From an uncultured Alphaproteobacteria bacterium (GTDB lineage Bacteria > Pseudomonadota > Alphaproteobacteria > RF32 > CAG-239), in the NCBI GenBank assembly GCA_947167235.1, contig CAMVHF010000001.1, forward strand, positions 5,675 through 69,674: a stretch of 64,000 nucleotides of DNA, in the 5' to 3' direction. A program made the position numbers and the translations under genes. Below the pieces are notes generated by a model. The model had not been told where the DNA came from. It was given only the letters and a program-made list of their open reading frames with translations, and did not search any database. Below are positions 52,241 through 61,009 of the stretch, piece after piece. The stretch's first letter is position 1. Each line of letters begins with the position of its first letter.

Positions 52241-52281
52241 AAATGCAAATAAATGCAAGCAAAAAAATTAAACTTGCATTT
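52241..52281. promoter_or_regulatory. repeated AAATGCAA motifs (two direct, one inverted: AAATGCAAATAAATGCAAG ...N13... CTTGCATTT) in the divergent promoter region between the XRE gene and the phosphatase::QueH gene
   Basis: Read directly from the sequence. The motifs overlap the predicted -35 elements of both divergent promoters. Confidence 0.3.
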
Positions 52282-52365
52282 TGCAGTAAATTTTATATGT
52301 TCAAAATATATTTTGGGGTCTGCAAACATTATTCCGAAAGCGGTGTTGTTGAAAGGTGAATTCTG

Positions 52366-53472
52366 ATGAGAAAACGTATATATGCCGTCAGACACGGCGA
52401 AACAGATTTTAATAAACAAGGAATATGTCAAGGACAGGGCTGCAATATCGGTTTAAATGAAACAGGCAGGCAACAGGCTGCACTTTTATCTGAAAAGCTG
52501 AAAGATGTGAAAATAGGGGCTATATACAGCAGTCCGCTTTTACGCGCAGTGGAAACGGCTGAAATTGTCGCAAAAGATAAAGGTTTGGAAATTAAACATC
52601 ACCAAGATTTGATTGAGGCTAATTTCGGTGTGGCCGAGGGTGTTAAAATGTCCGAGGTTAAAACATGGCCGGTCTATCCGTTCTGGTGCAGTCATGATCC
52701 GAAATATGATACGGCACATTATGATAAAGGGGAAAATAAAATTCAGATTCGCACCCGCGTTTTAAAGGCGATTGAAGAAATTTGCGCCGCAGAAGAAGCC
52801 GAAAATATTTTACTGGTTGCTCATAGTGCAATTGTGCGCGTCTTAAACTGGTGCGTCGGTAATTTTATTCAGGGTTTGCCGAACGGTTCGGTATATGAAT
52901 TTATCTATGAAGACGGTAAATTGTCGGCGGCAAACAATAAAATTTTGCTGCTTTCCTGCTGTGCGCCGTGTTCGTGCGCCGTTATTAAAACGTTGGCGGA
53001 GAAGGGGGAAAATTTTGATGTTGCTTTTTATAATCCGAATATCCGCCCTTATGAAGAATATCAAAAACGTCGTGATGAAAATGAGCGTGTCTGTCGTCAT
53101 TATGGCGTTGACTTTATCGAATTAGAGTATGATAATGAACGTTGGTGCGAGCTGACCAAAGGTTTGGAAAATGAACCCGAGCGCGGCGCCCGATGCACGG
53201 TATGTTTTTATATGCGCCTGAAACGTGTGATGGAATATGCCAAAGAAAAAGGATATACGGTAGTCGGTTCGGTTTTAGGTGTTTCGCGGTGGAAAAATCT
53301 GGCGCAAGTCAATGCGGCCGCCGATAAAGCCGGGCAGGAAACGAAAATGGCGTATATTAACATTGAAGGGCGCAAAAATGGCATGCAGGAATTGCGCAGT
53401 CAATTAATAAAAGAATTAGATTTGTATAATCAAAACTATTGCGGCTGTAAACCGCTTAAAACAGAACAGTAA
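52366..53472 (+). CDS. queH: fusion protein: N-terminal histidine phosphatase (phosphoglycerate mutase-like, branch 1) plus C-terminal epoxyqueuosine reductase QueH (DUF208)
   Basis: N-terminal half has RHGETDFN, SSPLLRAVETAEI and LVAHSAIVR. C-terminal half has LLLSCCAPCSC, CTVCF and YNQNYCGCKP, typical of QueH. aaaggtga RBS. Confidence 0.7.
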   Translation: MRKRIYAVRHGETDFNKQGICQGQGCNIGLNETGRQQAALLSEKLKDVKIGAIYSSPLLRAVETAEIVAKDKGLEIKHHQDLIEANFGVAEGVKMSEVKTWPVYPFWCSHDPKYDTAHYDKGENKIQIRTRVLKAIEEICAAEEAENILLVAHSAIVRVLNWCVGNFIQGLPNGSVYEFIYEDGKLSAANNKILLLSCCAPCSCAVIKTLAEKGENFDVAFYNPNIRPYEEYQKRRDENERVCRHYGVDFIELEYDNERWCELTKGLENEPERGARCTVCFYMRLKRVMEYAKEKGYTVVGSVLGVSRWKNLAQVNAAADKAGQETKMAYINIEGRKNGMQELRSQLIKELDLYNQNYCGCKPLKTEQ

Positions 53473-53482
53473 GGAGAGTAAA

Positions 53483-54463
53483 ATGCAAAAAATCATTCCG
53501 GAAAAGTTGCAAAAAGGCGATAAAATTATGATAGTGGCACCGTCAACCGGCTTAAAATTAATCAGTGCCGAATGTCGTGCGCGTGCCGAAGAACGCTTCG
53601 GGCAGATGGGCCTGTCTCTTGTTTTTGCCCCGAATACCAAGGATGAAAACTGGAACGAGTTAGGTACCGGTTCGGTGGAGCAGCGCGCCACAGATATTAT
53701 GACGGCATTTAAGGATAAATCCGTTAAGGCAATTTTTACGGTATTGGGCGGTTTCAATTCTAACCAGATTCTATCACATCTGGATTATGATGTGATTCGC
53801 CAAAATCCGAAAATTATTTGCGGTTTCTCGGATATTACAGCGGTTTTGGCGGCTATACAGGCAAAAACCGGCTTAGAGGTTTATTACGGACCGCATTACA
53901 GCTCTATCGGTATGAAACTGGGGTGCGAATACACGTTGGATTATTTGCAAAAAATTCTGTTTTCCGATGAGCCGATAAATGTCAAACCATCTGCCGAATG
54001 GAGTGATGATCCTTGGTATATCAACCAAGATGAGCGCACATTTATTCCAAACGAAGGTTATTGGATTTTACATGAAGGAAATGCCGAGGGAACAATAGTC
54101 GGTGGTAACTTATGTACATTTAATCTGCTTTTGGGGACCGATATGCGTCCGGCATTTGAACCGGATACGATTTTGATGATAGAAGACGATGCTGAAAGTT
54201 ATCCGGCAGCATTTGACCGCAATTTGCAGGCGCTCTGTCATCAACCGGATTTCAAAAATGTTAAAGGTTTGGTTATCGGACGTTTTCAAAAAGGCTCAAA
54301 ATTAGATCGTAAAATGCTTGAATTTATCATCAATAATAAGCCTGAATTGAAAAATATACCGGTACTTGCCAACGTTGATTACGGGCATACAACACCGATT
54401 ATAACGATTCCGCTCGGCGGTTATGCCGTTATGAAAGATGGTAAATTAACACTGCAAAAATAA
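53483..54463 (+). CDS. ldcA: LD-carboxypeptidase (muramoyltetrapeptide carboxypeptidase, peptidase S66)
   Basis: Nucleophile motif ICGFSDITAV. Conserved C-terminal block with catalytic His/Glu region (MIEDDAES, NVDYGHTTP). Confidence 0.8.
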   Translation: MQKIIPEKLQKGDKIMIVAPSTGLKLISAECRARAEERFGQMGLSLVFAPNTKDENWNELGTGSVEQRATDIMTAFKDKSVKAIFTVLGGFNSNQILSHLDYDVIRQNPKIICGFSDITAVLAAIQAKTGLEVYYGPHYSSIGMKLGCEYTLDYLQKILFSDEPINVKPSAEWSDDPWYINQDERTFIPNEGYWILHEGNAEGTIVGGNLCTFNLLLGTDMRPAFEPDTILMIEDDAESYPAAFDRNLQALCHQPDFKNVKGLVIGRFQKGSKLDRKMLEFIINNKPELKNIPVLANVDYGHTTPIITIPLGGYAVMKDGKLTLQK

Positions 54464-54478
54464 TAAAGGATATAGCTG

Positions 54479-55831
54479 ATGGTATGGGGTTTGATCAGTT
54501 TAGTTTTTCTGTATTTGGGATATAAATTAAACAGCCGTAAGTTAGAAGCTGAATTCGGTACGGATATTCACAGCCTGCCGGAAAGCCATGATGATGCGGC
54601 ATCAAACCCGCTCAGCTATCGGCAAACGCAACTGCTGCAATTTGGACTGACCTTTGGTGTCGAAGGATTCTTCGGTGCGGTAGTCGGGGTTATTTACGGA
54701 CCGCTGACGATGATATGGTGTATTTTAGGAAGTGTCTTTTTAGGTTCGTTTTTGAACTATTACAGCGGTATGTATTCAAGAGTGCATCACAAATCACTGT
54801 TGTCGGTGACAGAAGAAATATTTAATCGCAGAGCTTATATCATTTTGACCTTGGTTTTAAGTGTGCTGTTGATGATTGTCTTAAGCGTCAATTACGCATT
54901 TTTTGTAAATATTGCCGCTTATGCGATAAAGCCGTCGGAGATATGGTATATTTTCTTAGCGGTTGTTGCCGTTATCGGATTTATACAATCCGGAACTTTT
55001 AATCGTATCTGTATGGGTGTCGGACTGTTTATTTTATTGACGACGCTGTATTTGTGCATTATGTCGATTACGCATTTTCCGAGCATCGAAATCAGTGCAA
55101 ACCCGTTAAATTATCCTAATTTAAAATTTGCCTATCCGATGCTGTTTTTTACGGTAAATGTCGGCGTTTTAAGTGGATTACAGGCTTTGAAAAGTACGCT
55201 GACCGCCGAGCAGGTTCGTAACGAACGTATGGGAAAAGGTGTTTTTATGGCATCGACACTGTTTCAGGCAGGTGTTGTTATTGTCTGGATTTTGTTGTTG
55301 CTTGCTTGGAATCCGTCATTGAAAGTCCTCAGCGCGGCCATTGTGAAGGTTGCCATGCCGGATATTATTTTGCATGAATATTTAACCGTGCATACAGGTA
55401 TGGTCGGCGAATATGCCGTATTTGCGATGTTAGCCGCCGTATGTCTTTTATCGGCAGGGGTTATGCTTCGAATGGCCGTAAAATTCATAAAAGAAGCGCA
55501 AATTGCGCCTAATTTCAGTACAATGACCTATGGTGTTGTTTTACTGGCAATAAGTGTTTTATTTTTACAGTGCCCGTTTGTAATGCACGGCCATGAGCTG
55601 ATTAACCAACTGATAGCACTTTATCTGCTCTATATATGTATGTATCTTCGTAAAAAAAATCAGCAGAGTTACAAAGAACTCTTATATGTAACATATATTC
55701 TGGCCGGCGCCTGTATCGCGTATTTACCGATTTCACTGTTTCATCTGCCGTTAATTGCCGGCGTATTTTTCGGTTTAACCGCTACGTTTTTAATCGGGAT
55801 ATGGCATTATTACCGCTACAACAAAAACTAA
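54479..55831 (+). CDS. polytopic inner-membrane protein of unknown function (~12 TM), 15 nt downstream of ldcA
   Basis: 450 aa, highly hydrophobic throughout. No recognised transporter signature read by eye. Confidence 0.5.
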   Translation: MVWGLISLVFLYLGYKLNSRKLEAEFGTDIHSLPESHDDAASNPLSYRQTQLLQFGLTFGVEGFFGAVVGVIYGPLTMIWCILGSVFLGSFLNYYSGMYSRVHHKSLLSVTEEIFNRRAYIILTLVLSVLLMIVLSVNYAFFVNIAAYAIKPSEIWYIFLAVVAVIGFIQSGTFNRICMGVGLFILLTTLYLCIMSITHFPSIEISANPLNYPNLKFAYPMLFFTVNVGVLSGLQALKSTLTAEQVRNERMGKGVFMASTLFQAGVVIVWILLLLAWNPSLKVLSAAIVKVAMPDIILHEYLTVHTGMVGEYAVFAMLAAVCLLSAGVMLRMAVKFIKEAQIAPNFSTMTYGVVLLAISVLFLQCPFVMHGHELINQLIALYLLYICMYLRKKNQQSYKELLYVTYILAGACIAYLPISLFHLPLIAGVFFGLTATFLIGIWHYYRYNKN

Positions 55832-58116
55832 CTTAATTGAGTTTTATAAAGTGCGGCGTACTCACCTTCTTTTTTAAGAAGCTCGTCATGCGTGCCTCTC
55901 TCGACAATATGTCCGTTATTTAAGACAACAATACAATCGGCGTGACGCACGGTTGATAAACGGTGTGCGATGACCAGTACGGTACGATCTTTCATTAAAT
56001 TATCCAATGCCTGTTGAACAACGGCCTCAGACTTATTATCTAAAGCGGATGTTGCTTCATCTAAAATAAGGATAGGGGCGTTTTTGATAAATGCTCGTGC
56101 GATGGCAATTCGTTGCTTTTGTCCGCCTGAGAGCATAACGCCGCGTTCGCCGACTGTGGTATCCAGTCCCTTTTCCAATGAAGCAATAAACTCATCTAAA
56201 CAGGCTGAGCGAATAACTTGTTGTAAGCGTTCATCCGAGATATCGGTTCTGCCGAGCAGTATATTGTCACGGATAGTGCCTCCGAACAGGAAATTATCTT
56301 GGAATACAATTGCAATATTGTCGCGCAGACAATCAATGTCATAATCTTTGACATTGATACCGTCAATTTCAATAGCACCGGATGTAATATCATAAAATCT
56401 CGGCAGCAACGTTGAAATTGTGGTTTTACCGCCACCCGAATTGCCGACTAAGGCAATCGTCTGTCCTGATTTTACGGAAAGATTAATGTTTTGCAAAACC
56501 GGTTTATCTTTGGTGTAGGCAAAGCAAACATCTTTATATTCGATATTCCCGCTAAGACGTTCGACTTTATGCGCGATATCATTATTGCGAATATTCGGAA
56601 CGGCGCGCAGTTTTGCAAAAACACGATCCACCGCCATAAGAGATAATATAACATTATTGTAATTGTTGCCGATGGATTTAATCGGATTATACAACATAAC
56701 CAAAGAAGTTACGAAAGAAGCAAAATTACCGACGGTTATTTGATGGCTGACAATCAAATAGCTGCCGAACCAAATAACGAAAGCAATACCAAATGATGAA
56801 ATAAAATGCATAACCGGTGCGATAACTCCTGTTTTTCTCACAATTGTCAGCCCCAAGTTAAAGACGGCTTCAACCGAATTTGTAAATTTAGCTTTACAAT
56901 AGTCATATAAGTTATAAGCCGTGATAATACGATTACCGCTAAAGGCCTCATTATAATTCGTGAGTAATGTCATCATGGCTTTGTTGTCTTTTGAAACGGT
57001 TTTTTTCAAACGTTTTCGTACACGGGTGAGCGGAAACAAAGCTCCAAACAAAACAACAACGGCAACAATAGCCAATTGCCATGAGTTATAAAAAAGAACT
57101 ATAATAAGAGACAGCGAAGAAAATAAGCGGGTTGTAAATAATTTCATATTGTTTAATAAGCCACCGCAAGCCGATTCGGCATCATGATTGAATCTGAATA
57201 ATACTTCGCCGGAATTTGCTTTATCAAAAAAAGCGGCATCCGAGCGCAACAACTTATTGAATAAATCGTGTTTTAAATCAAGTGACATTTTGTTGCCTAC
57301 CCATGTGTTCATATAAGTGGCGATATATGTGAATAATGCCTGTAACACACTGAATATGACAATCATTAACGGAATGTACATTGTCCAACCGCTTTGTTTT
57401 TCAACCAAAACAACATCCATAAATGGTTTTAACGACCAGGCAATTACTGCGTCCATCGAACCGACCGGAATTGTGATTAAAACGGCCAGTAAAGCCCTTC
57501 CCCAATAAGGTTTGGCATAAGGCAAAATTAAAGCATAGTTTTTCAATGTATAGAGGGTTAATAATTTTTCTTTAATCTTTTGGCTAAAGATATGTCCGGC
57601 GATGAATAATCCGCACAAAATAATGCCGAAGAGAACCGCAGTTGTAAAGACAATCGGTTTGAAAACGCGATGTGTCGGTTTATAACAATCGCTGCAAACA
57701 TCAATAGTCGTGTCGTTTTGTACGGAGACGGAAAGATTTCCGGAACTGCTGTTGATGATATTTAAGCCGTCTGAAAAATCAGGTTTAAGATCTTTAATGG
57801 CTTTTCCGTTTAAAAATACATCCGAAATATTGACGATGCCGGTATATTTACCGAGCTTAAACTTAAGTGTGTTGACATCGGCGGATTTTAAAACAACCGT
57901 GTAAAGCACCGGCGTATCCGACAGTTCCGGATAAAGCTGGGTATTTTTTTCGTTGCCGCTTATATCCGTATAATCAATATCGAAGCGAATTTCACCTTTT
58001 CCGCTTAAAAAGAAAGACAGCTTCGGGCTCGGATAACCGTACCATAAAAAAGAAGATATACCTATTGTCAGCAACAGGCCCGTAACAGCATATAATATGA
58101 GCTTCCCGAGTTTCAT
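55828..58116 (-). CDS. ABC exporter (fused TMD-NBD) with an extra N-terminal TM plus ~140-aa periplasmic domain
   Basis: Walker A GNSGGGKTT. Signature LSGGQKQR. Walker B ILILDEATSALD. H-loop IAHRLST. N-terminal MKLGKLILYAVTGLLLTIGISSF is followed by a beta-rich domain and then a second TM before the canonical six-TM exporter domain. Confidence 0.8.
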   Translation of the reverse strand: MKLGKLILYAVTGLLLTIGISSFLWYGYPSPKLSFFLSGKGEIRFDIDYTDISGNEKNTQLYPELSDTPVLYTVVLKSADVNTLKFKLGKYTGIVNISDVFLNGKAIKDLKPDFSDGLNIINSSSGNLSVSVQNDTTIDVCSDCYKPTHRVFKPIVFTTAVLFGIILCGLFIAGHIFSQKIKEKLLTLYTLKNYALILPYAKPYWGRALLAVLITIPVGSMDAVIAWSLKPFMDVVLVEKQSGWTMYIPLMIVIFSVLQALFTYIATYMNTWVGNKMSLDLKHDLFNKLLRSDAAFFDKANSGEVLFRFNHDAESACGGLLNNMKLFTTRLFSSLSLIIVLFYNSWQLAIVAVVVLFGALFPLTRVRKRLKKTVSKDNKAMMTLLTNYNEAFSGNRIITAYNLYDYCKAKFTNSVEAVFNLGLTIVRKTGVIAPVMHFISSFGIAFVIWFGSYLIVSHQITVGNFASFVTSLVMLYNPIKSIGNNYNNVILSLMAVDRVFAKLRAVPNIRNNDIAHKVERLSGNIEYKDVCFAYTKDKPVLQNINLSVKSGQTIALVGNSGGGKTTISTLLPRFYDITSGAIEIDGINVKDYDIDCLRDNIAIVFQDNFLFGGTIRDNILLGRTDISDERLQQVIRSACLDEFIASLEKGLDTTVGERGVMLSGGQKQRIAIARAFIKNAPILILDEATSALDNKSEAVVQQALDNLMKDRTVLVIAHRLSTVRHADCIVVLNNGHIVERGTHDELLKKEGEYAALYKTQLS

Positions 58117-58246
58117 TATACCTCAAACAAAATCTAAACTGTCCCGAATATAGAATATTTTTTATTCGGTGACAATAAGAATATGTAATATATGCAATTT
58201 CTTAATTATTTGACTATATTTTATAAAGAAAACAAAGGAGAATGTT

Positions 58247-59374
58247 ATGCAACCGGATAAAAGATTAACACAACTGGCCGAAAATATATTAAAAAATTCC
58301 TTGCGTGTAAAAAAAGGCGAAAAGGTATATTTGGAATCTTTCGGTACCAGTACCAAAGAATTATTAAACGAAATGATAAAAGTTACCGTTAAACTCGGCG
58401 CAACACCGTTTTATTTTTTTAATGACAGCGAGTTTATTAAAAGTCTGATAAACGGCGCAAACAAAGAGCAGATGGAAAGCTATACGGCATTTCATAAATA
58501 TTTGATGGAAAATGTTGATTGTTATGTCGGATTAAGAGGTAATGATGATTTGTTTGCACTGGCCGATGTTGATGAAAAGTTCAGAAGTTTGTATAATAAA
58601 ATTTTTCATAAGCAGGTGCATATACAAACCCGATTACCTAAAACACGCTGGTGCGTTATGCGGTATCCGAATTTAACGATGGCGGCACTGTCAAGAATGT
58701 CATTAAAGCAATTCGAGGACTTTTATTTTGATTCGTGTCTACTTGATTACCGGAAAATGGGTAAAGCGATGTTACCATTGAAAAAACTTATGGATAAAGC
58801 CGATAAAGTTCATATTAAGGGCAAAGATACCGATTTGACATTTTCAATTAAAGGTCTTAAATCCATCGTTTGTGACGGTAGAGTGAATATTCCGGACGGC
58901 GAAATTTATACCGCACCGGTAAAGGATTCGATTAACGGTTATGTGCAGTTTAATACCGATACGACACATGGCGGCATTTTTTATTCAAACATTCGCTTGG
59001 AATTTAAGGACGGTAAAATTGTTAAAGGAACGTCCTTGGCAAATAACGATGAATTTCAAAAAGTGTTGGATACCGATGCCGGCAGCCGCTATATGGGAGA
59101 ATTTGCATTTGGTGTAAACCCGTACATAACGCATCCGATTTTAGATATTTTGTTTGATGAAAAAACGTGCGGTTCGTTCCATATGGCAATCGGCAATTCG
59201 TATGAAGATGAAACCAATAACGGCAATGTATCCTCAATTCACTGGGATTTGGTTAAAATTCAAACGCCGGAACATGGCGGCGGCGAAATCTGGCTTGATG
59301 ATGTTTTGGTGCGTAAAGACGGTAAATTCGTTTTGCCGGAACTCGAGGGGCTAAATCCTGAAAATCTTAAATAG
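58247..59374 (+). CDS. aminopeptidase, M29 family (AmpS/PepS-like)
   Basis: Conserved C-terminal metal-binding region GEFAFGVNPYITHPILDILFDEKTCGSFHMAIGNSYED. Size 375 aa. aaaggag RBS. Confidence 0.75.
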   Translation: MQPDKRLTQLAENILKNSLRVKKGEKVYLESFGTSTKELLNEMIKVTVKLGATPFYFFNDSEFIKSLINGANKEQMESYTAFHKYLMENVDCYVGLRGNDDLFALADVDEKFRSLYNKIFHKQVHIQTRLPKTRWCVMRYPNLTMAALSRMSLKQFEDFYFDSCLLDYRKMGKAMLPLKKLMDKADKVHIKGKDTDLTFSIKGLKSIVCDGRVNIPDGEIYTAPVKDSINGYVQFNTDTTHGGIFYSNIRLEFKDGKIVKGTSLANNDEFQKVLDTDAGSRYMGEFAFGVNPYITHPILDILFDEKTCGSFHMAIGNSYEDETNNGNVSSIHWDLVKIQTPEHGGGEIWLDDVLVRKDGKFVLPELEGLNPENLK

Positions 59375-59430
59375 ACATTTGAGAAAAATCTGTTATAATC
59401 ACTTCAAAAGAACAAAAATAGGAGATAAAT

Positions 59431-60414
59431 ATGGCCAGAATTAATGATGTATTCCATTCCGATATTTTTATTATGCCGGATAAAAAGGTGTTTGTGCCTG
59501 ATCCGCGAACGGAAAACGGTTTACAGATTCTTGAACCTGAGGACTTTACGGATTTTTATGATTTATTGGAAAAGTCATACCGCGGTAAATCGAGCTATAC
59601 TATGATTTACGAAGGATATTTTTTCCGTGTGGAACGTACCAATTCCATGTACGGACCGATGTATTGTATGCGTAAAATGCCGAAAAAAGTTCCAGATTTG
59701 ATGAGCTTGGGTTATCCGCCGGCACTTATTAATTATCTGGCCGGTTTGGGAAATGCTTCGGGGTTGATTTTGCTTGGCGGTGCGACCGGTTCCGGTAAAA
59801 CAACCACAATTTCCAGTCTGTTAAAAGAATATCTGATTCGTAACGGCGGTTTTGCATACACGATTGAAGATCCGTTCGAAATGCCGCTCGACGGCGAATA
59901 TAAGTCAATGAACGGTTCAATGGGTTTATGCAAACAAACGCAGCCGATTGATGATAACTGGGGTGCATCGTTGCGTTCGGCTTTGCGTTCACGCCCGCGC
60001 TTTATTCTGGTAGGCGAGATCAGAACACCGGATGCAGCCAGTGAAGTTTTGCGTGCCGCAACATCAGGGCACTTGGTTTTATCAACAATCCACGCCAACA
60101 ACGTGACCGATGCTTTGGATGCTATGGTAAAACACGCAACGGCCGGTGAAATGAGTGAGGAACTCGGTTTTGACTTATTATCCCGCGGTATTTTAGGTGT
60201 TATCCATCAAACATTGGTCGGTATCGGTCAAAAACGTCCGGTCGTACAATATTTGTTTGCCAACCCGAATACGACAATCGGTGACCAAACCCGTAATATT
60301 ATTAAAACCGGAAAACTGAATTTGGCAACCACGATTGAAATGCAGATGACGCGTATGATGCAAAATCGTCCGTTATTTGAAATCGGAGAGAATTCGCGTT
60401 TAAGCAAGCAATAA
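59431..60414 (+). CDS. VirB11/CpaF(TadA)/PilT-superfamily secretion ATPase, short form (327 aa)
   Basis: Walker A LGGATGSGKTTT. Asp box TIEDPFEMP. Walker B RFILVGEIR. His box HLVLSTIHANNVTDALDAMV. The glycine-rich GG(A/T)GSGKTT form resembles VirB11/CpaF rather than the PilT GPTGSGKSTT form. Confidence 0.7.
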   Translation: MARINDVFHSDIFIMPDKKVFVPDPRTENGLQILEPEDFTDFYDLLEKSYRGKSSYTMIYEGYFFRVERTNSMYGPMYCMRKMPKKVPDLMSLGYPPALINYLAGLGNASGLILLGGATGSGKTTTISSLLKEYLIRNGGFAYTIEDPFEMPLDGEYKSMNGSMGLCKQTQPIDDNWGASLRSALRSRPRFILVGEIRTPDAASEVLRAATSGHLVLSTIHANNVTDALDAMVKHATAGEMSEELGFDLLSRGILGVIHQTLVGIGQKRPVVQYLFANPNTTIGDQTRNIIKTGKLNLATTIEMQMTRMMQNRPLFEIGENSRLSKQ

Positions 60415-60432
60415 ATATTTTCAAAACAAAAA

Positions 60433-60463
60433 ACTCCCGCTGATAATCGGCGGGAGTTTTTTT
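60433..60463. terminator. bidirectional intrinsic terminator between the convergent VirB11-like gene and the secretion-ATPase operon
   Basis: actcccgc-tgataatcg-gcgggagt hairpin with an A-tract upstream and TTTTTTT downstream. Confidence 0.65.
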
Positions 60464-60475
60464 ATATCAATAAGA

Positions 60476-60997
60476 TTATTGAAAAGTCCAAATAACGGTA
60501 TTATCGGCAGGTTGGCAGATATCGCGCGTTTTATATTTTTTGATAGGCAGAGAATATTCTTCGCCCCATGCAAATACCGTACCGTTGACGGATATCGTTT
60601 GCAAGCCGAGCTGCTCGTCTTGGCTGACCGGCATTTCGCTTAAACCGATACAGGCGGATTTATTAAGATTTTTTAAGATAATGTTGAAACTCATTTCCCC
60701 CGGCATAACTATATCGCCGTCCTCACCGCTGCCAATGGCTAATTCATAATCTTTATATTTGTTTAAATCGATTTTAACTAAGTCATTGGCTTTGGCAAAA
60801 TCGGTTGATAATTTCCAAAACCCCGGTTGGTCACGATAATAACTGCGCACCATATCGGAAGTTGCCATAATTTGCGTGTGCAATTCCGTATACGGATTAT
60901 GGAATAAGAAATAGCACGATAAGAAAATGGCAATTACTAGAGCAAAACATATCGCTATGCCGCCGGTGTTATTATATAATTTAATGTGCGCGTTCAT
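60476..60997 (-). CDS. bitopic membrane protein (173 aa), last gene of the GspE/GspF-like operon. Possible atypical pilin-like or accessory component
   Basis: Single N-terminal hydrophobic helix GGIAICFALVIAIFLSCYFLF after a short basic leader. It has no G|F(M)xxxE prepilin motif. A 12-nt gap separates it from the upstream GspF-like gene. Confidence 0.5.
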   Translation of the reverse strand: MNAHIKLYNNTGGIAICFALVIAIFLSCYFLFHNPYTELHTQIMATSDMVRSYYRDQPGFWKLSTDFAKANDLVKIDLNKYKDYELAIGSGEDGDIVMPGEMSFNIILKNLNKSACIGLSEMPVSQDEQLGLQTISVNGTVFAWGEEYSLPIKKYKTRDICQPADNTVIWTFQ

Positions 60998-61009
60998 GTT
61001 GTCGAACCC

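Noticed and set aside
51807-52262. 151-aa ORF-track CDS on the minus strand
   Set aside because: Its first 71 codons run through a canonical intrinsic terminator and a hairpin-rich region. Only the C-terminal 80 aa, from ATG at 52049, have an RBS and encode a coherent HTH protein. The upstream part is better explained as non-coding leader RNA.
52262-52365. Searched for a preQ1 riboswitch upstream of the QueH fusion gene
   Set aside because: No hairpin plus A-rich tail matching preQ1-I or II could be found. The region looks like a plain promoter and operator region.
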